19,967 nt of DNA, from positions 1 to 19,967 of the forward strand of contig JAUVGT010000027.1 of assembly GCA_030593645.1 (NCBI GenBank). Direction: 5' to 3'. Under the pieces are notes generated by a model. It worked only from the letters and a program-made list of their open reading frames with translations. It did no database searches and had not been told where the DNA came from. This stretch comes from Deltaproteobacteria bacterium (lineage in GTDB: Bacteria > Desulfobacterota > Desulfobacteria > Desulfobacterales > JAUVGT01). Made by a program: the position numbers and the translations under genes. Positions 1 through 6,919 of the stretch are shown piece after piece; positions within the stretch are counted from its first letter, which is position 1; each line of letters starts with the position of its first letter.

Positions 1-932
1 TTAAGCAGGTTCTTGAAAAAGTAAGTCCGCTGCGTTTTCTACGATCCAGAAAGAACGCCATTCAGGGAGCTTTTACAAAGGGTTTGGTAAAAATTGTATT
101 TGAAATGGCGGATGAAGGTACAGGCGCTCTTATCGTACTCGCGGGTGAAAATAATCCTGAAGAATTTATTGATTCCGGCCATACAATAATGGCCATTCCG
201 GAACCTTTGCTGATTAAGAGTATTTTTAATAAGCATTCCCCGTTTCATGATGGTGCTGTTTTTATTGCTCATGACCGTATTGTAAAGGTCGGCGGAATAC
301 TTCCCCTGTCCAAACAGGACAATATCCCGAAGGAATATGGTACCAGGCACAGGGCCGCATTGGGACTCTCTGAGCTGAGTGATTCGCTTTGTATTGTTGT
401 TTCAGAAGAACGCTCTGAGGTGTCAACCATTCAGAATGGAAAAATTAAAATATGGTCTGAACCTGAATTTCTGGCCGCTCAGCTCAGGAAATGGCTCGGT
501 GTCCCGGATACCGCTCTTCCGATGTTTCAGGATATTTTAAAAGAAGTATTTGTGCGTAAATGGAAACCCAAGCTCAGCGCTTTTGCCATTGTACTTCTGG
601 CTTGGATTGTATTGGCAGGTCAGCAGGAAGTAACGCAGAATATTAATGCACCGATCAGACTTATTAACCAGCCGTCCGGTATGGTAGTGGATAAAGCTTC
701 AGTAAAATCGGTACACTTGAAATTGGCCGGTAAACGCAGCACTATGAACACAATGAGAGAACAGGACATTCACATTCAATTGAATCTCAGGGATATGGCC
801 GAAGGTGAACATATACTCCAGCTTACAGCGAAAAATGTGGATCTGCCGATCGGTATAAAAATAAAAAGAGTAAACCCTGATGTTGTTAAAATTTTTTTAA
901 AAGCATCCGGAAGAGACAGGATAACACATTAG
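1..932 (+). CDS. cdaA: Diadenylate cyclase (DAC/DisA_N domain), 5'-partial. It continues in-frame into a transmembrane helix and a YbbR-like (CdaR-like) domain. The ORF is open to the window edge in frame 3, upstream of the annotated Met at 84.
   Basis: Motifs TGALIVL, HDGAVFI and GTRHRAALGLSE...CIVVSEE are typical of the c-di-AMP synthase DAC domain. Downstream there is a hydrophobic segment LSAFAIVLLAWIVLAG, then a YbbR-like beta-rich segment (VHLKLAG...NVDLPIGIKI). The frame is open from nt 3. Confidence 0.6.
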   Translation, partial: KQVLEKVSPLRFLRSRKNAIQGAFTKGLVKIVFEMADEGTGALIVLAGENNPEEFIDSGHTIMAIPEPLLIKSIFNKHSPFHDGAVFIAHDRIVKVGGILPLSKQDNIPKEYGTRHRAALGLSELSDSLCIVVSEERSEVSTIQNGKIKIWSEPEFLAAQLRKWLGVPDTALPMFQDILKEVFVRKWKPKLSAFAIVLLAWIVLAGQQEVTQNINAPIRLINQPSGMVVDKASVKSVHLKLAGKRSTMNTMREQDIHIQLNLRDMAEGEHILQLTAKNVDLPIGIKIKRVNPDVVKIFLKASGRDRITH

Positions 933-976
933 CAATAATCTCAAACCCGCCACCTATCCATTTATCATAGAAACAA

Positions 977-1023
977 AAAAGCGATCTTTTAACCGCAACA
1001 CATTAAGAGATCGCTTTTTTTTG
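977..1023. terminator. Bidirectional rho-independent terminator between convergent genes (cdaA-like + and HU -).
   Basis: A perfect 11-bp stem aaaagcgatct (977-987) pairs with agatcgctttt (1007-1017). It is flanked by an A-run on the left (aaacaaaaaa) and a T-run on the right (ttttttt), giving a U-tract on both strands. Confidence 0.7.
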
Positions 1024-1034
1024 ACTGCTTAAAT

Positions 1035-1307
1035 TTAGATAGAGTCTTTAAGCTGTTTGCCAGCTTTGAATTTTACAACATTTTTAGCCTTGATTTTAAT
1101 TGGCTCACCTGTTTGAGGATTGCGTCCTTTACGGGCTTTACGGCGGATTTTCTGGAAAGTTCCAAAACCAACCAGTGTAAGCTTGCCGTCTTTTTTCTTT
1201 AAACTTTTTGTAACATTGGTGGTGAATGAACTAAGAGCCTTACCGGCCGCAACCTTTGAGATATTTGCGTCCTTTGCCATTTTTTCAATTAATTCCGCTT
1301 TAGTCAT
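1035..1307 (-). CDS. hup: HU/IHF-family nucleoid-associated DNA-binding protein (90 aa).
   Basis: Full-length match to the HU family: MTKAELIEKMA...GFGTFQKIRRKARKGRNPQTGEPIKIKAKNVVKFKAGKQLKD. A strong RBS (aggggga) precedes the ATG. Confidence 0.9.
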   Translation of the reverse strand: MTKAELIEKMAKDANISKVAAGKALSSFTTNVTKSLKKKDGKLTLVGFGTFQKIRRKARKGRNPQTGEPIKIKAKNVVKFKAGKQLKDSI

Positions 1308-1359
1308 CTGTTTCCCCCTTTAAAATTAGTGTTTAATACTCCATGCTGCTTCTAAGATG

Positions 1360-1388
1360 GCTTTATAGCAGAAAAAATCAATTGTCAA
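1360..1388 (-). promoter_or_regulatory. Candidate sigma70 promoter for the HU gene. On the minus strand TTGACA (the -35) is followed 15-17 nt later by TATAAA/TAAAGC-like -10 candidates.
   Basis: The minus-strand sequence reads cctaTTGACAattgattttttctgcTATAAAgcc. This lies ~40-80 nt upstream of the HU start codon. Confidence 0.3.
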
Positions 1389-1506
1389 TAGGTAAATGCT
1401 TATTTATTGGGGTTTTGGTGATATATATTGCATTAAACACGGTCGACTATTGGGCAACAGACAGATTAAGTAAAAATTTTTAGCATAATCCCATATATAT
1501 TAATTG

Positions 1507-1526
1507 TTTTTGAGATAGGTTCTACT
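1507..1526. repeat. Solo copy of the 20-nt motif tttttgagataggttctact. It overlaps the stop codon of the PLP-enzyme gene and is identical to 5134-5153.
   Basis: Exact 20/20 identity with 5134-5153. In both copies the TAG stop of a minus-strand gene occupies the same position in the motif (ggttCTAct). Confidence 0.6.
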
Positions 1527-2469
1527 CATCGGCTAAAATATTCGCAAGCACATCAGCGTCAATATTTCCACCGCTTAAAACAATTCCGATTCTGCCTCCA
1601 GGTTCAACAGCCCGGCTTAAAACCGCTGCCAGCCCCAGGGCCCCTGAAGGTTCAACCACAAGCTTCATGCGGTAAAATAAATATCGAACCGCTTCCATAA
1701 TCGATTTTTCCGTGACCGTTTTCATATCATCCACATATTTCAATACCAGGGGGAAAGTGATCTTTCCCAATGAAGGTGTACGGGTGCCGTCCGCGATGGT
1801 GGGTGGATTTTTAACCGTGTGAAGTTTTTTAGTGTGAAAGGATTTTGTCGCGTCATCTGCCAGTTCAGGCTCAATTCCGATTACGCGGCAGTCAGGGTCC
1901 ATGTTTTTACTTGCTATGGCACATCCACTTAATAGACCTCCGCCTCCGCATGGAACCAGAAGCATATCCAGTGTGTTTAGTTCTTCAAACAGCTCAAGTG
2001 CCGTGGTTCCCTGACCTGAAACAACATCTTTGTGATCGTATGGCGGAATCAGTGTGTACCCTTTTTCAGATTTCAGGTTTTCAGAAATTTCTTCACGGGT
2101 TGTTTTTTCCGGGTCATATTCAATGATGTCCGCGCCATACCCTTTGGTGGCGTTGCGTTTAATCTCGGGTGCATTTGAAGGCATTACGATTGTAGTTTTA
2201 ATTTTTAATAACCGGCCGACCAGGGCAACTGCCTGCGCGTGATTCCCGGAAGAGTGAGTGATGATACCACGGGCTTTCTGATCATCCGAAAGCCGTGACA
2301 TTGCGTTGTACGCGCCTCTGAATTTAAAGGCACCCACCCTTTGAAAGTTTTCGCATTTAAAAAAGATCTCCGCACCGGTTTTGTGATTCAGGGTTCTGGA
2401 TGTCATGACTGGAGTAATGTTGGCGTGCCCCTTTAGCTGCCTTTTCGCGGCTTTTATATTTTCGAACAT
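1522..2469 (-). CDS. PLP-dependent serine/threonine dehydratase family enzyme (TdcB / serine racemase / threo-3-hydroxyaspartate dehydratase-like), 315 aa.
   Basis: PLP lysine motif FKFRGA, HSSGNHAQAVA, a glycine-rich loop VPCGGGGLLSG and a C-terminal SGGNID. An RBS (aaggaaa) precedes the ATG. Confidence 0.85.
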   Translation of the reverse strand: MFENIKAAKRQLKGHANITPVMTSRTLNHKTGAEIFFKCENFQRVGAFKFRGAYNAMSRLSDDQKARGIITHSSGNHAQAVALVGRLLKIKTTIVMPSNAPEIKRNATKGYGADIIEYDPEKTTREEISENLKSEKGYTLIPPYDHKDVVSGQGTTALELFEELNTLDMLLVPCGGGGLLSGCAIASKNMDPDCRVIGIEPELADDATKSFHTKKLHTVKNPPTIADGTRTPSLGKITFPLVLKYVDDMKTVTEKSIMEAVRYLFYRMKLVVEPSGALGLAAVLSRAVEPGGRIGIVLSGGNIDADVLANILADE

Positions 2470-2614
2470 AATGTTTCCTTTGTGAGCGGAGTATTTTTCA
2501 TTGTGAATAATATGATTTTTAGTTATGATGAAAGGTAACTTTTACTATAATATTAATCTTTTGTTGGACGAAGTCAATCTCTAATCAGCTTCTTAAAGTA
2601 CATTTTCAGTTTAG

Positions 2615-2634
2615 TATCACCCGGATGGGTGATA
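2615..2634. promoter_or_regulatory. Perfect palindrome TATCACCC-N4-GGGTGATA in the divergent intergenic region between the PLP-enzyme (-) and hydrolase (+) genes. Candidate operator site.
   Basis: The 8-bp arms at 2615-2622 and 2627-2634 are exact reverse complements. Confidence 0.3.
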
Positions 2635-2789
2635 TAAGTACAAAAAAACGGTATATATTACATGGGTATCAGGAAAAAATACTGACATTGAAATCAAAAA
2701 CGATAGAAGCGATTAATAAATTTTTTTTTCGCGGGCCCTAAGTCCCCGGAAGTGTATTTTATCGGGGTCAGGATGAATAGAAAGGTAAT

Positions 2790-3680
2790 ATGATCTATAA
2801 GGATATAATGATTCAGGGATTGTCAGGCGCAGGAATCTTTATCGTGCTTTGTTTTGTGTTATCCTGGGCCGGCGCCAGAATATGGTGTCTGCCGAAAAGA
2901 AAACCTCATAATAAAGTGCCCGGTGATTTTGGAATGGAAAATGAAAGTGTTACTTTCAGCAGTCATAACAACACCGGAATCAAAGGGTGGTTTATCCCAG
3001 CGCAAACCGGATTAAAAATATCTCCGGTCATTATCCTGGCACACGGGTGGTCGCACAACGCGTCAAAGCTGCTCCCAATTGCGGCCCAGCTGAATTCGAC
3101 AGGCTTTTCCGTTCTTTTATATGACGCCCGGGGACATGGAATCAGTGAAGGTGATGGACCGGTCACAATTTTTAAAATCACACAGGATGTTGTTGCTGCT
3201 GTTGATTATCTGGAAACACGTCCAGATATAAACACAGAAAGAATTGGTGTGTTAGGGCATTCAATTGGGGGATCAGCGGCAATACTCGCGGCTTCATCTG
3301 ATTCACGGATCCAGTCTATTGTAAGCTGTTCGGGGTTTGCCGATCCGACTCAACTAACCCGTGAAACAATCAAAAAACTGCATATACCGATATTTCCTTT
3401 TTATTATTTTTTTATCTTTTTTATCAAAAAATGGATCGGCACATCAGTTGAACACATTATTCCCTGGAAGGTTATACACAAGGTTAAGGCTCCACTATTG
3501 CTGGTTCATGGAGATTCAGACGGGTATATTAAACCTGTCAACCTGGATATACTGTATGAGCGATCCAATAAAGAAAATACTAAAAAAGTACTAATCCCGG
3601 GCGCGCATCATTCAGACCTGATTGAAGACCGGTTTGTTATTAAAACAGTGATCGATTTTTTTATTGGTTCTTTACTTTAA
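2790..3680 (+). CDS. Alpha/beta-fold hydrolase (dienelactone-hydrolase / S9-like) with an N-terminal membrane anchor.
   Basis: N-terminal hydrophobic helix (GIFIVLCFVLSWAG). HGW...GHG oxyanion region. GHSIGG nucleophile elbow (GxSxG). Downstream Asp/His (LVHGDSDGY...GAHHSD) fits the catalytic triad. Confidence 0.8.
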   Translation: MIYKDIMIQGLSGAGIFIVLCFVLSWAGARIWCLPKRKPHNKVPGDFGMENESVTFSSHNNTGIKGWFIPAQTGLKISPVIILAHGWSHNASKLLPIAAQLNSTGFSVLLYDARGHGISEGDGPVTIFKITQDVVAAVDYLETRPDINTERIGVLGHSIGGSAAILAASSDSRIQSIVSCSGFADPTQLTRETIKKLHIPIFPFYYFFIFFIKKWIGTSVEHIIPWKVIHKVKAPLLLVHGDSDGYIKPVNLDILYERSNKENTKKVLIPGAHHSDLIEDRFVIKTVIDFFIGSLL

Positions 3681-3714
3681 TCAAAACGTATCAATAGAGG
3701 TTCACTATGACCGA

Positions 3715-4893
3715 TCAGGGCAGTTCCCAAAAGTTTTTTCGACTGGCATGGATCGGTTTTCCATATCTTAAGACGTCATCCATCCACACAATCAGTCGAT
3801 TAAATAATGGAAATTTCCTGATAAAATAGCGAACAGTATTATGTAAGTAACCGGCAGGTTTGTTAAACGGACAAACCATGACACAGTTGTTGCAGTCGAG
3901 CCAGTTTTTTACCCAGAACATAAAGCATTTTTCCGGGTTGATATACCATTTTAATATACCCGAATGATTGCTTGCTGACGGGCCTTTCGTTGCAGGTTCA
4001 TCTGATGAAATGGCTTGTGAAGGACAGTGTTGTGCGCATTTTTTACAGGTTCGGCAGAACTCTCTGACACCAAAGGGGCGAAAGTCATCATGCGCCAGGG
4101 GGAGGTCCGTAAACACTTTACAGATCCGTACCCTTGGACCGTACTTTTCTGTAATTAAAAGGCCCATGCGTCCCAACTCTCCCAGCCCTGCAGCCATAGC
4201 AAGCGGAATGGACAGGGCTGTGTCATTGCCTGACGGGATGGCTCGGTAGCCAAGTCCCCGGATAAATGTGGCAACCAGGTTTGCCAATACCGCCTGTGTT
4301 GAATATCCAAGGCCGGTAGCAGCGCCGGAAATACCGTCCGGAGAATAACGGCATGTGTCATAGTCCATCTCAACGACCATTACTACAGCGTTTGTAACTC
4401 CTTCGGGTAAATCGATCGGACGGTGTTCTGTATCGATCAGGTCGTATTCCCGTGAGTAAATGAGGTTCGGGTGAGCATGGCAGACACCCACAAGATCGGC
4501 GCCCAGAAATCGTGCTGCCTTTTTAACTATCTGTGAATTGGTTTCAGGGGAATTGGATACGGGTCCATCTGTATCAATAAATTTTTTTACTTTTTCTGAA
4601 ATATGTGTCCATGAATACAGGCCGTGATTTGACTTCATATTACCAAAGGCAAATCCATATTCAATATTCCAGGAAGCATTTCGTAGCGCGTAATCAAGTT
4701 TGCGGAATCCATACTTATCCTGATATTTGACCTGACCGTAAAGTTTGTTTCCGTGGGGAATGAATTCTGTGTCCCATGTCCTTCGCTTGAACATTTCATT
4801 TTTCTGATCAAACCGATAGTCTGGTACTTCCAGCGGGAAATAACGATTATCTTCTGCACTATGATTTTCCTGACTGTTTTGTCGGTTTTCCAT
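3715..4893 (-). CDS. Reductive dehalogenase (RdhA) family protein, short form (392 aa). It has no twin-arginine signal and there is no adjacent rdhB.
   Basis: AARFLGADLVGVC and AGLGELGRMGLLITEKYGPRVRICKVFTDLPL are core motifs of the RdhA/QueG-type corrinoid Fe-S family. There are two C-terminal Fe-S motifs: CRTCKKCAQHCP, and C-x10-CNNCVMVCP. RBS caggag precedes the ATG. The N-terminus (MENRQNSQENHS...) lacks an RR Tat motif. Confidence 0.7.
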   Translation of the reverse strand: MENRQNSQENHSAEDNRYFPLEVPDYRFDQKNEMFKRRTWDTEFIPHGNKLYGQVKYQDKYGFRKLDYALRNASWNIEYGFAFGNMKSNHGLYSWTHISEKVKKFIDTDGPVSNSPETNSQIVKKAARFLGADLVGVCHAHPNLIYSREYDLIDTEHRPIDLPEGVTNAVVMVVEMDYDTCRYSPDGISGAATGLGYSTQAVLANLVATFIRGLGYRAIPSGNDTALSIPLAMAAGLGELGRMGLLITEKYGPRVRICKVFTDLPLAHDDFRPFGVREFCRTCKKCAQHCPSQAISSDEPATKGPSASNHSGILKWYINPEKCFMFWVKNWLDCNNCVMVCPFNKPAGYLHNTVRYFIRKFPLFNRLIVWMDDVLRYGKPIHASRKNFWELP

Positions 4894-4909
4894 GCGGGAC
4901 TCCTGAGGG

Positions 4910-4943
4910 TGTAATTTGTATATACTTGTATATACAAATTACA
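4910..4943. promoter_or_regulatory. 34-bp perfect palindrome TGTAATTTGTATATAC-tt-GTATATACAAATTACA. It overlaps the -10 and transcription start region of the RdhA-like promoter and is a putative repressor operator.
   Basis: The 16-bp arms at 4910-4925 and 4928-4943 are exact reverse complements. The site lies 17-50 bp upstream of the rdhA-like ATG. Confidence 0.6.
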
Positions 4944-4957
4944 GAACTGTTTGTCAA
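4929..4957 (-). promoter_or_regulatory. Sigma70 promoter for the RdhA-like gene: TTGACA-N17-TATATA.
   Basis: The minus strand reads cccTTGACAaacagttctgtaatttgTATATAcaag...caggagtcccgcATG. The -35 is consensus, the spacer is 17 nt and the -10 is near-consensus. Confidence 0.55.
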
Positions 4958-5005
4958 GGGGGAAAAATGATCTGAGGAAATGAGTATTTGCTGCAATTCA
5001 GTATT

Positions 5006-5151
5006 TAGAACCTATCTCAAAAATATAGATTAGAGTTGAGGGCAAGGCACAGGTCAGTTAAAAAGCGGAGCATACACGTAGTATGTGAGTATTTTTCACT
5101 GACCTGTAACGCAGCCATCGAGCCTAAGATGTATTTTTGAGATAGGTTCTA
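5006..5151. repeat. ~146-bp element bounded by 18-bp terminal inverted repeats (tagaacctatctcaaaaa / tttttgagataggttcta) with an internal 10-bp hairpin. It is either MITE-like or a structured-RNA element.
   Basis: 5006-5023 is the exact reverse complement of 5134-5151. The internal stem acaggtcagt (5049-5058) pairs with actgacctgt (5098-5107). The right TIR overlaps the amidohydrolase stop codon. Confidence 0.5.
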
Positions 5152-6729
5152 CTTTTGATATACAATTTCGCCCTGAACAATAGTCATTTCAGTTTCTACT
5201 GACGTCCAGAGTTCAGGAGAAAGTTCAAACAGGTTTTGGCTGAAGACTGTCATATCGGCCCGTTTACCGGGTGCAATAGTGCCCAGGATATCGGACCTGC
5301 CGGAGGATATGTAGGGCTGAAGCGTGTATGGCGGAATACTTTCCGCGAGTGTGAGGTTTTGTTCAGGGAACCATCCCCCCGTTGGTTCTCCTTCAGGGTT
5401 TTTTCTTATAACCGCGGCCTGGAGACCCAGAACAGGATCGTTTGGTTCAACAGGTGCATCCGATCCAAACTGCAGGGGGATACCGGTCTCAAGCAGTGAT
5501 TTCCAGGCATAGGCGTATCTGCAGCGATCAGTTCCCAATAATTTAGTCGCGATGGGTATGTCTGTGGGAACAAAAACGGGTTGGACCGATGCAACCACAC
5601 CCAAATTGTGAAACAGATCCAGGTCTTTTGGCCGGTACAGCTGAACATGTTCAATACGGTCCGGTCTCTTGCCGGGGAGTTCATCTCTGGCAGAGGATAT
5701 CGCATTTAACGCATTTGTTAGCGCTTTATCACCAATTGCGTGAATGGCCACGTTCCATCCTTCATGATATGCCAGCCGTACATTATCCAGAAGTTCTTCA
5801 GGTGACAGGAAAGGTAAGCCGGTATAACCGGGCTCATCCTCATAAGGATCATGCAAAAGAGCGGTGCGTGAGCCAAGGGCACCATCCGCAAACATTTTTG
5901 CGTGGCCGGTCCAAAGGTATTCACTACCGCCACCGGGTTTAATATTTCGCTCTCCGGCCGTTTTAAGTTCATCCGGCGGTAATGTGTGGTATATTCGAAT
6001 CTTGAGTTTCTCTTCTTTTTCCAGAGAACGAAATGCTTCCCATTCATCAAGGGATTCCATCGTATTTACACCGGTCAATCCCATGCGAAATGCCTCTTTT
6101 TGGGCAAACATGGCTGCCTGTTTTCTCTCTTCAAGACTGGTTGAAGGAACATGGTCGTCGATCAGGTATTTTGCTTCACGGATGATTCCTGTGGGTTTCC
6201 CGGATACCGGGTTTTTATCAATTTTGCCGCCCGGCGGATCCGGTGTTTCTGCGGTGATACCGGCAATTTCCAGTGCCATAGTATTGACCCAAATGGAATG
6301 TGTACAGACCCGGGCCATCATTACCGGATTTTCAGGGGCGATTTTGTCAAGATCTTCTCTGTTTGGTTCACGGTTTTCATCCCAAAGGTTCTGGTTCCAG
6401 TTGCGGCCGATGATCCATTCCCCTCTTTTTCTGGACGATACAGTTTCTTTGATTTTTTTCAGACAGGCATCAATGGATGATAAATTTCTAAGGTCGATAT
6501 TTTGAAGTGAAAAACCGAAACTGATAAAATGACAGTGTGAATCCACAAAACCCGGAGTGATTAAACGCCCGGGTAAATCGATTTCAATACTTCCAGGGTT
6601 TGATGCACGTTTAACATCTTTGTTGCTTCCGATTGCCTGGATTAAACCGTTACGGACAGCAACAGCTTCAGCCCACGGGAGTTTTGCGTCACCTGTAAAA
6701 ATGTGTGATGAGTAAATTGTAAGATCCAT
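5149..6729 (-). CDS. Amidohydrolase-3 family metal-dependent hydrolase (YtcJ-like). The likely start is the MDLTIYS Met at 6729; the longer ORF start at 6762 lacks an RBS.
   Basis: HxH metal-binding motif GFVDSHCHF near the N-terminus, and amidohydrolase-like His/Asp motifs later (IHAIGD, GSDAPV). RBS ggaagga is 6 nt before the 6729 ATG. Confidence 0.8.
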   Translation of the reverse strand: MDLTIYSSHIFTGDAKLPWAEAVAVRNGLIQAIGSNKDVKRASNPGSIEIDLPGRLITPGFVDSHCHFISFGFSLQNIDLRNLSSIDACLKKIKETVSSRKRGEWIIGRNWNQNLWDENREPNREDLDKIAPENPVMMARVCTHSIWVNTMALEIAGITAETPDPPGGKIDKNPVSGKPTGIIREAKYLIDDHVPSTSLEERKQAAMFAQKEAFRMGLTGVNTMESLDEWEAFRSLEKEEKLKIRIYHTLPPDELKTAGERNIKPGGGSEYLWTGHAKMFADGALGSRTALLHDPYEDEPGYTGLPFLSPEELLDNVRLAYHEGWNVAIHAIGDKALTNALNAISSARDELPGKRPDRIEHVQLYRPKDLDLFHNLGVVASVQPVFVPTDIPIATKLLGTDRCRYAYAWKSLLETGIPLQFGSDAPVEPNDPVLGLQAAVIRKNPEGEPTGGWFPEQNLTLAESIPPYTLQPYISSGRSDILGTIAPGKRADMTVFSQNLFELSPELWTSVETEMTIVQGEIVYQK

Positions 6730-6835
6730 TTTTATTCCTTCCCAAAGTTGATGGTATCGCATAAGCTATAGACACATTTTAATAATAGAGCAAGTATTTT
6801 CATATGAATGAATTGCTGGGTATACAGGCTATTAC

Positions 6836-6866
6836 TGGATTGTTTCCAATAAAAATGGTATATAAT
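6836..6866 (+). promoter_or_regulatory. Candidate extended -10 promoter (TGgTATATAAT) upstream of the CCA-like nucleotidyltransferase gene.
   Basis: tggtatataat at 6856-6866. No good -35. Lies ~55 nt upstream of the ATG at 6920. Confidence 0.3.
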
Positions 6867-6919
6867 CTTGTTAGAAGTTATGATCTATTGAAATAAAATA
6901 AAGGCGTGTCATTAGAAAA

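Noticed and set aside
1120-1323. 67-aa + strand ORF
   Set aside because: It lies fully inside, and antisense to, the highly conserved HU gene.
3715-4893. Calling the RdhA-like gene queG (epoxyqueuosine reductase)
   Set aside because: QueG shares the AGLG...G and Fe-S motifs. However, the AARFLGADLVGV block and the C-x10-CxxCxxxCP second cluster fit RdhA better. This is left explicitly uncertain.
4944-5005. Tiny ORFs (MSICCNSVFRTYLKNID and others) upstream of the RdhA promoter
   Set aside because: They are under 20 codons, have no RBS, and overlap the repeat element. They are most likely non-coding.
5864-6505. 213-aa ORF on the + strand, along with other antisense or overlapping ORFs in the track (for example 7810..8298, 13353..13721, 13994..14386, 1845..2126, 12610..12876, 4155..4373 and 18444..18692)
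   Set aside because: They lie entirely within, and antisense to or out of frame with, well-supported genes that have recognisable domains. They are typical shadow ORFs with low-complexity composition.
6730-6762. Longer amidohydrolase start (MRYHQLWEGIK)
   Set aside because: There is no Shine-Dalgarno before it, whereas the downstream ATG (MDLTIYS) has ggaagga at the right spacing.
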